Below are positions 51,652 through 61,461 of a stretch of 64,000 nt of DNA, one piece after another. Under the pieces are notes generated by a model. It searched no databases, was not told where the DNA came from, and was given only the letters and a program-made list of their open reading frames with translations. How positions within the stretch are numbered: position 1 is the first letter of the stretch; each line of letters begins with the position of its first letter. The stretch is taken from contig CM074804.1 of assembly GCA_037447605.1 (NCBI GenBank), positions 5,371,909-5,435,908 of the forward strand, written 5' to 3'. The position numbers and the translations under genes are program-made. This DNA comes from Zygnema circumcarinatum SAG 698-1b (Eukaryota; Plantae; Zygnematophyceae).

Positions 51652-54600
51652 TTCCCCGCGTCACCGGAGCCGCTGGCTCCGGCAGAATCCGCCGATCCCA
51701 TGATCGGGGCCCACATCACGGTGGGCGCGTCCCTGAAGATGAAGAAGAAGATCGACGAACTGCGAGCGGATGTCAGGCAGCAGCGGCGCGCCACCCAGTG
51801 GTGGGACGGAGCAGTAAGATCACATGAGTCTGATGATCCGTCGCCTGGGGTGGGAGTGCCTCAGCGAGTCCTGCAAGCCGGAGCCTCTCGACAGGCTCTG
51901 AGGATCCAGAAGGCATGCCCTGACCCCCTCTCAGGCTGGAAGCAGCTGATGCAGCAGGTTTGGGGAAGGGGTCAGAGCAAGCCATTGCAGCGTCGCCCGT
52001 CCTGCATGCTCACCGGTGCCGGAGCGGCACAAGTCCGGACTCCTGGTCTTTCCATGGGAGTCACCCCCACTGGGGTGGCGACTACCCCAGCAAGAGGGGA
52101 TCCGCGGCAGTGCTGGCGGCAGGACATCCAATCTCGGGACCGCCTCTCTCAACCTACTGAGGATGCCCGACGGAATCGGGCCAAGGTGGCCCCTCTTTCC
52201 TTTTGGGGCGAACATCCTACCACGGACTGCTCGATTGAGCAGTGGTTGGGTCAAACGAAGGGCTACCTTCTGGCGACCAACTGTCCCCCCCTCCAGTGGG
52301 TAAGCTTTGCTTACCCAGCACTCAGAGGAGCCGCATACCGGGTGTATGAGGGCCTCTCTGATGAGATTGGGGACGATTGGGATAAGTTCAGAGATGAACT
52401 TATCAATCACTTTGGGGCCTTGGATCCCGGCTTGGAGGCCCGGGATAAATTTCAGAACATGGTCCAAACCGGCAGTGTCAAGCAGTTNNNNNNNNNNGTG
52501 GCCCCTCTTTCCTTTTGGGGCGAACATCCTACCACGGACTGCTCGATTGAGCAGTGGTTGGGTCAAACGAAGGGCTACCTTCTGGCGACCAACTGTCCCC
52601 CCCTCCAGTGGGTAAGCTTTGCTTACCCAGCACTCAGAGGAGCCGCATACCGGGTGTATGAGGGCCTCTCTGATGAGATTGGGGACGATTGGGATAAGTT
52701 CAGAGATGAACTTATCAATCACTTTGGGGCCTTGGATCCCGGCTTGGAGGCCCGGGATAAATTTCAGAACATGGTCCAAACCGGCAGTGTCAAGCAGTTT
52801 CTGCGAGACCTGCGTCAAGTGGTGCCTCAAATCACCACTCACAAGCCTAGTCAGGCTGAGTTCTTTTTCCACTTCAGGAATGGCTTGAAGCCACACCTGA
52901 GGAAGCAGCTGAGAACTAACCCACGGACTCTAAAACCGTGGGACCCCGCTGACTCTAAGCTGTACTTGATGCAAACATTCGGGCTTGGGACACCGCCCCC
53001 GTGCAATGCAGTCTCTTCCGACCCCAAAGCAGAGGTCGGGCGACGGACAGGTCGTGGAAGGCGGGATCCTCACATCTCCGCCATTATGGCAGAAAGAATG
53101 CTTGCTAGCCGGCGGCCTCGCCCCACCCACCGCAGACGGCCGCTAAGTTGACTCCAGAGGAAATGGAGAAAATGCAGCGGGAAAACAAATGTTTCCGCTG
53201 CCGCAAGGAGGGGCATAAGGCCCGGGATTGCCCTCTCAACACCAAGGACAAGAAGGGCAAGGGGCCGGAAAACCCCAACCCACCAGCAGCTTAGGGGTCG
53301 TTGCTGGTGGACATACTAGGCTAGGGGAAGGGAATGGAGCTGCCATCAAGGATAAGAGACTATTGCTTCTAGGAACCGATTCTTAACTTGGTAAGCAGGA
53401 CTTTGGGCGTGCATCTTTGCAGCCGATGTACTCCCTTCTTCCCAGCTTCTTTTCCCCGCCATCGAGTGACTCCTTCGGGATTTATGGATGTAGTGATGAA
53501 TGGTGCTTGGCATGTCTTTATCCTCAATGTCATGGGCGATGATGTTCTCATGCAATGTGCCATGGATGCTTTGCATGTCATGGGAAACACTTCCCATGTC
53601 CTTGGGCTGCATGTGCTGGTTCCTCAGCACATGGCAGTTCGCACCTTTCCCAACGCCACTTGGCGGTTGGTGAAACAGTTGAGGAAAGGGCACAAATTGG
53701 TGCAGACGATGGAAGGACCCACCAGTTCGCTGGTTGGGTCACCCTACACCTTGGTGTGGAGGACGGCTCGTCCTCAACCCTCGCATATAGTGTAATCTAT
53801 GTTCCATCTTGCCCATCGTGCCATGACCTTCACCGGGTCACTATCGCCACCCCTGCAGTTGATCATGGATACCGGGGCGTATGCTAACTCGTTAGTTCCG
53901 TGATTCACCCCGGATATCGGGCAACTAATATCCTTCATCCGTAAAGCGCTACTTTCGGGATGGACGAAGGGCCAGATCTCCGCAGCGCCCACTCAAGATC
54001 GTCCAACCCAATTCGGGCAGCAGTACCTCTGCACAATCAGTTTCCGTACGGATGTTATTTTAGGGAGTGCTTGGTTAACCATGGTCAAAGCCCAATTGGA
54101 CTTTTCTATACCACATTGCATTCTGCACAGTGGGGATAGGCGCATCACCCTGCACCCTGGCAAACCCACATCCACTGCTATCACGCAGGTTGACGCTCCT
54201 CATCTCTGCTCCGCTATGCAATTGGCCAAAGCAGTTAAGGAGGGTTGCACCTTGTTCATGGTGCATGTCATGGCAGCCATTGAGGATGTTCATGACGAAG
54301 ATCAGGAATGGCGGATCACATCTACGGATGTGCTCTCTCGGCTGTTCCATCCCAGATCCAACCTCTGTTGGATGAATTCAGGGATGTCTTCCCTGATGAC
54401 CTTCCAAGGGGTTGCCCCCATCGAGAGGGGTGGGGCACACAATCCCTCTTGAGCCTGAGCAAAAGCCGCCTTGGCGGCCGATCTATCGGTTAAGTCCAAA
54501 GGAAACCGAGGAAATGCGTAGCAGTTAATTACTTTATTTGACAAGGGCTGATAGAGCCCAGCCAAAGTGCCTCTTTGGGCGCCCATCTTATTTGTTACAA

Positions 54601-56905
54601 GAAAGATGGTAGCTCAGATGCATTGATTATCGCGCACTCAACAAGATCACCGTAAAGAACCGTTTTGCTTTACCACGTATTGATGATCTTTTGGATCGTC
54701 TTCACGGCGCCAAAGTGTTTACGTCACTTGACCTTGCTCAGGGGTATCATCAGATCCGTGTCACGGAAGCTGATGTGCCAAAAACTGCATTCCGGACGCC
54801 GATTGGTCATTTCCAATATAAGGTGCGTTGCCCTCGATTGACTAATGCTGTGGCAACTTTCCAGGTCAGCTATGAACGATGTTCATCGGCATGGACCTAA
54901 TTGGTTTTGGCTTAGCCCCATATATCCCGCGAAGACGAAGAGGAACATCTGAACACGCTCGGTGCGTTTGAGACCCCGAGGAAACACCAGCTTTTATGCC
55001 AAGAGGAAGAAGTGTCACTTCATGCAACGTGAGTTGCTCTATCTTGGGCATATCTTGAATGATCAAGGCCTTCGGCCTGATCCTGCCAAAGTTTCAGCGG
55101 TAGAAACTTGGGCGCCACCGACTGACTTGCACCAGGTGAGGTCTTTTTTTGGGCTTTGCGAATTATTTCTTCGTAAAGCTCCACCCAAGCCAAAATGGTT
55201 ACTCCCTGACCACACACGCGCTCGTGTCCGTTTACATGGACCGACCGCCAGAATGCATTGGCGTGTGCGCCATGCACTTGTTACCGCACCCACTCACCGT
55301 ATAGCAGACCCGTCCAAGCCTTATGAGGTGGTTTGTGATGCTTCGGGATTCGCCTAGGGTGCCGTCTTGATTCAAGATGGCCAACCTTTGGCGTATGAAA
55401 GCCGCAAAATGAATCCCGCCGAAAGCAACCACATATCGCCAGCAAATGCACAGAATTGCTTGGTAAGAGTCCACGCTCCGAGGACATGGCGCAAAGGGCC
55501 GAGGGCGGCGTCATCAATTCACTGCCCGCATTTCAACCGTAATCTTGGCCCAGCGCGCACGCCGTCTGAGTTCCTCCAAAGCCGACGCGGGTTTATCTAC
55601 CGAAGGTTTAAATGTAGCGTACTCCACCCAGTAGGCGTACTCGCATCTTGCCCGGATGGAAGCGCCATTTACAAGTGTTGGTGGAACGTGAGATGAGAGG
55701 TGAGGGGGCCGGGCTAACCCCGAAGCCTCCGCCTCCGTGATAAGCTTTGTCATATAGATCCCTCCACTGACGTTAGCCAACCCTCCCCGCTCGACATCTC
55801 GCATAGATGATTCAGAGGGGTATACCGTGATCCTTTTGTTCTCGATGGCCAAGGTAATGGCTATAAGGACAAAGTGGTGTCAAAGGACGGATTTTGGTAC
55901 CACGCCGCTAGCTATCGTGCCCAAGGCCGACTGCACGCAGCTCATTCTCGGGTGAGCTACATGATCCTCCTCGCATCGCAGGTCAATGGAGTTGCTGTTC
56001 CCGAGGCAATCGCCCGGAGAGTTCCGTGGACTCTCGAGGATGAAATGCGATGTACTCGCTGTCCGTAACTTGTCAACGCAAACAAACCCCTCGCGACCGG
56101 GCAGATCCCTGGCCAAACCCATCCACCTCTCGGAAATGATAGTGTGGGTATGGACTTGATCACGATCTTCCCCGCGGACACCCTGGGCATGACTCATCCT
56201 CGCCTTTGCCGATCGGCTCAACAAGATGGTGCATTTTACCAACTACTAAGACAAATTCGGGCCCACGAGATTGCACGTTGTATGTTGACAAAGTGTGGAG
56301 CCGCGATGGTCTTCATTCAAAATTAGGTTCTGACCGCGGATCCACGATTCACCGCCATTTTGACTAAGTGCTCAAAATCGCCGGGACTAAGTATGTGCGC
56401 TGAGTACAAATTTTCCACCCGCGAAACCGGCGGCCGACGGAACGGGTGAATGTGATCCCGAGGATTACCTCCGCATTATGTGGGACCTACCCCGGATGGG
56501 TGGGACGAACTGCTCCCAGTGGCTGAGTATGCCATCAATAATGCTTACCAGGAGTCCATTGGTACCACCCCTTTCTTCTTGAACTTTGGCTAGCATCCTC
56601 TAAATCCCCTGGAACCAAGGGATCAGCCCCTGACCAGGAACACAGGGGCGTCCACGTAACCCCCGACCCTTTGAAGCCGAGAGGGATCGATGGGACCCAA
56701 CCTCCCCGCAATGCATCTTTGTCCAGCACGTCCGAGGCCGCAGAGGGCACGGTAGACCCTGCTAGCGCCCTAGTCGAGACAGAAGGCCTATGCTGACCGT
56801 CATCGTACCCGACTCACCTTCAATGAGGGCGATGAGGTGTTGTTAAGTACGGCGAACTTGAGACTCAAAGCTTATGGCGGAACACGTAAGCTGTGGCCCC
56901 GCTTC
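51652..56905 (+). mobile_element. Ty3/gypsy chromovirus gag-pol, degenerate
   Basis: Retrotrans gag (WDKFRDELINHF...QTGSVKQF), CFRCRKEGHKARDC knuckle, RT LPRIDDLLDRLHGAKVFTSLDLAQGYHQIR...KTAFRT, RNase H VCDASG, integrase ending KLWPRFIGPF; order gag-PR-RT-RH-IN. Confidence 0.9.
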
Positions 56906-59786
56906 ATCGGACCTTTCAGGGTCGGTTTTCAGTCGTTACACCGCTTGTGAAACACCGGGTTTCCCACCAGGGCAATCGATGATTGATTATCGTGAACAAG
57001 GTAATCTGGGCGCTGTTTCTTATCTATCAAAGAACCAAAACCATACGCCTCCTTTGCAAAGATGACAAGCACCCATGTACCGCCTCTGCACCGAGGACGT
57101 GATTGAGCTCCTGCAAACTTGGGGCTCTAACGAATGCTTCTCTCACCTCCATACAGGTAAATGAAACCTGAAGCTCGAGTGCGAATGTATTGACATCACT
57201 GCCTTAATCCAAGTCGACAGCGAACCACTGCTGGGCCCCCTCTCACACCTGATCCCATAGTCCAAGCGTCCCTCTCACATATCTGAATATCCTCTTCACG
57301 GCCTCCCAATGCTCGAGGCCCGGATTCTTCATGAATCGGCTGGCCGAGCTCACTGCTTTCGCCAGGTCCGGACGCGTTCCAATCATCAGGTACATCAGAC
57401 TCCCAATCGCAGACTTGTAAGGCACTCCGAACATCTTCTGCGCCTCTGCTGCACTCGAAGGTGACATCTCCTTCGACAATCTAGCGCCTATCTCCATCGG
57501 GCTGGAGCATGGCCTAGAATCCTCCATATGGAACCGGGCAAGAACATCCGATGCATACTTCTTCTGACACAAGAATAAGCTGCCATCCTGCCCCCTCTTC
57601 AGCTGCATCCCAAGCAGATACTGCGCCTCCCCCAAATCTGACATCTTGAAATTCGCTTGAAGCAACTCTTTCAAGGAACTGATTCTTTCAAGCGAGAGGC
57701 TCACCATTATGAGATCATCANNNNNNNNNNGCGTAATCCAAATCTTCCTCGAGTAATCGTCGAGGAACGTGACGAAGTAACGTACTCCGCCATTGGTCGC
57801 CGGTGTAACTGGGCCACACAAGTCAGAATGTACCAATTCCAACTTCTCTCGCGCTCGATAGGACTCGTCTCCACTCCTCACGAATGGTCTCCTGTGCGCC
57901 TTGCCCTCCACACACTCCTGGCTATAGCTCCGTATGTATCAAACGCGTGTATTAATACACTGTATAATACATGCGTATTATACAACATTTAAAAATACAG
58001 TGTATTTTTAATGTATTTAACGTATTTTTTTAATTTTCGTGCTTAGTTGAACAAAGATTGATTATAATATTGAAATTCCAGCACTTGCTAAGTCACGTCA
58101 CTTGCCAAACACCCAACACATGTGACTTTGTCCGTACAGGTTGGTACACCCCTTCCATACATAATTTCCGTACGTAAATATGTTCTGATTGTACGGTTGT
58201 TAACAGTTGCGTTAAGGTATTATACAGTGTATAATACAGTATTAATACTATATTATACATTGTATCGAACCTCAAAGTGTATAATACGGAGCTATACTCC
58301 TGGCACAACCCAAGCTCCTTCTCCACTACACCTGGGTCTAGCCCACGGACTAACCCCTTCCCAGCCAACTGCTGCATTCCTCTATGGTGTAAGTGACCAA
58401 GTCTTCTATGCCATACATCTACGGCATTCTCTGAGATTGCATTGACATGCTCATAATTCTCCCTCTTGTAATCAAGATAATACAGCCCTCCTCTCTCATA
58501 ACCCCTGAACAGCTGTCTCCCAGTTTCTGTATGGATGGCCACGCATGACTTCTCCTCAAACAGAACACTGTATCCTTTCTTACACACTTGGCTAACAGAC
58601 ATGAAATTCTGCCTTAGCCCAGGGGTGTGAAGAAAGTCACCAATTGACAACTCTCTTGTATGCTCCTTCATTGACGACTGGGCTTGCTCTCCGAGTACTA
58701 CCTCACGGCTCCACCTCCGTCACTGCTGATCCTTCACTTGGTTGTTATGAGACTTAGCGTGTCTTTCCAAACTGTTGAGCTCTAACATTGATGTGTCCAT
58801 ATGCGAGAAGCGTTGGAGATCAATCATCACGGCTGCTCTTCCAGCCTCACTGAATTCTTCCACAGTCCATTCCATGATCTCCCAGGTAAACCTGAGGTTG
58901 TTCTACTGTGACCTCGCAGGCTGACTCCTGTGGTTCTTCTTGCATTTGAAGCAAGTGCCATTGAACGCCTTCTTCCTTCTTGCTGGGATGAAGTCGCGTT
59001 CCCTCCCTTCTCTTGGCTGCCCTCCGCTCGCGAAGCACGTTGGAGCAGTGGCCGGTCTGCCACACGTGTAGCACGGAACGCCGAGTGTTCCCTCGGCCAG
59101 GCGGGGTGCTTCTCTTTGGTTTGGTCGAGTGCCACCGGAATAGGTTTCTTCTTTAGGACTTCTGACATCCTTGAATGGAGTCCTCCTCCTTATCCTACGC
59201 TTGACTTGCTCAAGAGTCATCGTGGTATTAGTCAGATCACCAAAGCCGCCATCGCCACATCGAATTCATCGGGTCAAACCCCTAGAAACCGGGGTTTATC
59301 TTATGGTCCGCTTCTAATGGTTTCCCAAGGGCTATGAACCTCTCCATCGTGAGCATCAAACCCTAATTTCATATAAGCTTCAGCTTCTCATATCTCAAGT
59401 CATTCTATCTTGCCTAGTCAGCGTAAAGACTCCATTTATTGTCACATTGTCTTTACATCATACATTTCCTCTAGGCACTTCCACATAGCATGAGAGGTTT
59501 TCAGATCACGAGCATAGAGTGACGGACTTCTCTTACGCCATTACACCGCGTCGTGGCCTTGTGTTGTCCTTGGTTTCCATCGCGGCGAGCGCCACGCCTT
59601 ATCTCGACAAATGCCCAATCGGTGCTCCAACCGTAACCTCCTCGGGCGCCGATGCCTACATATCAACATACCGGCAACCCCTTGCCTATGTTGTGCGCGG
59701 GAACCAACCTCCATCTCCATGCTTTGTAATCCTGCCCATCAAAGGCCGGAATGCTGAACTTGACGTGGTCCTCCGAGTCTCCATGA
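56906..59786 (-). pseudogene. copia-D gag-pol remnants
   Basis: DHVKFSIPAFDG gag; VWHRRLGHL pre-integrase; LVHSDLCGP...DDYSRK; YKSAIGSLMYLMIGTRPDL; DNQSSIAL...NPVFHKR. A gap at 57721-57730 removes the IN-RT junction. Confidence 0.88.
57923..58296. mobile_element. hAT-type MITE inserted in copia-D pol
   Basis: 13 bp TIR TATAGCTCCGTAT / ATACGGAGCTATA; 8 bp TSD CTCCTGGC at 57915-57922 and 58297-58304; removing it restores LCQECVEGKAHR. Confidence 0.92.
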
Positions 59787-60263
59787 GCTCTGATACCACT
59801 TGTTGGTGCAGGGACTCCTCCACTGCTGCCGTCCGTTCCTCCATTCGGGTCACCCTCCATCGGAGTTCGCGTTCCAATCGACGATGACATCTTCAAATCT
59901 CTCACATTCACTCATAGCCCATTTTACTCACAGAGTGAATCACAGCAATAATGCACAGCGGAATAACAGAGAGAAATGAATAGGAGAAAGCTCCTGGCTC
60001 TAAAACTCCTTAATAGTGAATTCACTCATACATTGAGAGACCCCCTCTCAAATCGGCCACCCAAGTAATNNNNNNNNNNGTCGCGTCGCGCCTCATCACT
60101 TCTGACTCCGTCGCGCCGCGCCTCTCCACCGACCAAAGTCCGTACCTCCGCCCGTCGGTCTAGGCGCACATCGCCGCCAAGGGCCACACACAACACACGC
60201 ACACAAAACTAATGTCCCAACAACAACTTGTCTAGTGACTAACTACTATACACTAACACAATG

Positions 60264-61183
60264 GTGGCAACGAGGACCACGTGAAGTTCAGCATCCCGGC
60301 GTTCGATGGATCGGACTACAAGGGGTGGAGGTGGCGGCTGGTCCCCTTGCTCGTGGGCAAGGGGCTGTTGGGGTACGTTGACGGCACCATCAAGGCACCG
60401 GTGCTACCGGAGGGAGCCACGGCGGAGCAGCAGTCGGAGTTTGACGCGGCGCTCACCAGATGGAAGGCCAAGGACAACAAGGCCCTTACCCAGATTGTCA
60501 TGAGTGTGAGGGGAAGTCCCTCCTCTATGCTGTATGATCTCAAGACCTCACATGCGATGTGGAGGTGCTTAGAAGAGATGTATGATGTAAAGGATAATGT
60601 GACGATTGTCAACCTTTACACACAGCTAGGGAAAATGAAGATGTCCTCAGATGAGAAACTTAGGGAATATATGGTCAGGGTTGATACTCTGATGGAAAGG
60701 TTCATTGCCCTTCAGAAACCATTAGAGAGTGATCATAAGATTAGCCAGTTTCTGGGGGGACTGCCTGCCCGTTTTGATGTAGTAGTTGCGGCTCTTAGAA
60801 CTGTCCTAACAAATTCGAAAATGACCCTTGAGCAAGTGAAGCGAAGGATCAAGGAGGAGGACTCAGTTCAAGACGTTGGGAGCACCGAGGAGAAGGTGCT
60901 CGCGCTGCACTCACGTCAAGACCGAAGAGGAGGCGGGGTGAAGTCAAACCGAGGAGAGCGTCCTGCGGGAGTGTGCTACACGTGTGGCAAAAGCGGCCAC
61001 TACTCGGCAGACTGTTACAAGAACAAGGGGACCCTAGATCGAGGAGGAGGCGCTTCGTCATCCATCAAGAAGGATAAGAAGGGGTTCAAGGGGACCTGCT
61101 TCAAGTGCAAGAAGCGTGGCCACAAGAGTGCAGATTGCAGAGTGGCGGTGGAGACCAACCTCATGGTGACTGAACATTCTTGA
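60264..61183 (+). CDS. gag: copia-H Gag (open frame; its start lies at 38966, before the nested insertion)
   Basis: FSIPAFDGSDYKGWRWR...LLGYVDG; MWRCLEEMY; LPARFDVVVAAL; two CCHC knuckles (CYTCGKSGHYSADC, CFKCKKRGHKSADC). Confidence 0.88.
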
Positions 61184-61461
61184 ACTTTGTTGGGAAGATC
61201 CAGGTTCAGGATCTGAAGCGGCCATGGCTGATCGACTCTGGCGCTTCCACACACATGTGTGGCAACAAGCAAATGTTCGCCACGTTGGACACGTTGGAGA
61301 GGACACGTTCCGTTCACTCAGCTACCGGAGAGGGAGTGACAGTCACGAAAGGAGGTGAAGTCAAGATGATCCTCGGAGACGGCTCCGTGATCTACGAAGA
61401 AAAGAGGCAAGAGCGCCTTTGCATTGGTGACGTCCTTCACACCCCTGAGCTAAAACAGAAC
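61180..61461 (+). pseudogene. copia-H aspartic protease region, cut by an LTR insertion
   Basis: WLIDSGASTHMC...LCIGDVLHTPELKQN, then TGTTGATG at 61462. Confidence 0.85.

Larger units (their letters stand above)
39072..60258 (-). mobile_element. copia-D with nested cargo, inserted just downstream of the copia-H PBS
   Basis: 5' LTR 59801-60258 (gapped), PBS 59787-59798, truncated 3' LTR 39072-~39475; 39072-39340 is identical to 59801-60069; TSD CAATG at 39067-39071 and 60259-60263. Confidence 0.8.

Noticed and set aside
52186-52799. Duplicated gag segment in the 483-aa ORF (offset 312)
   Set aside because: Exact copy flanking the N gap at 52488-52497; assembly artefact, not a tandem gag domain.
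61170-61200. Programmed -1 frameshift between gag and protease
   Set aside because: No slippery heptamer; related copies do not show a shift at the same place; the region carries scattered indels.
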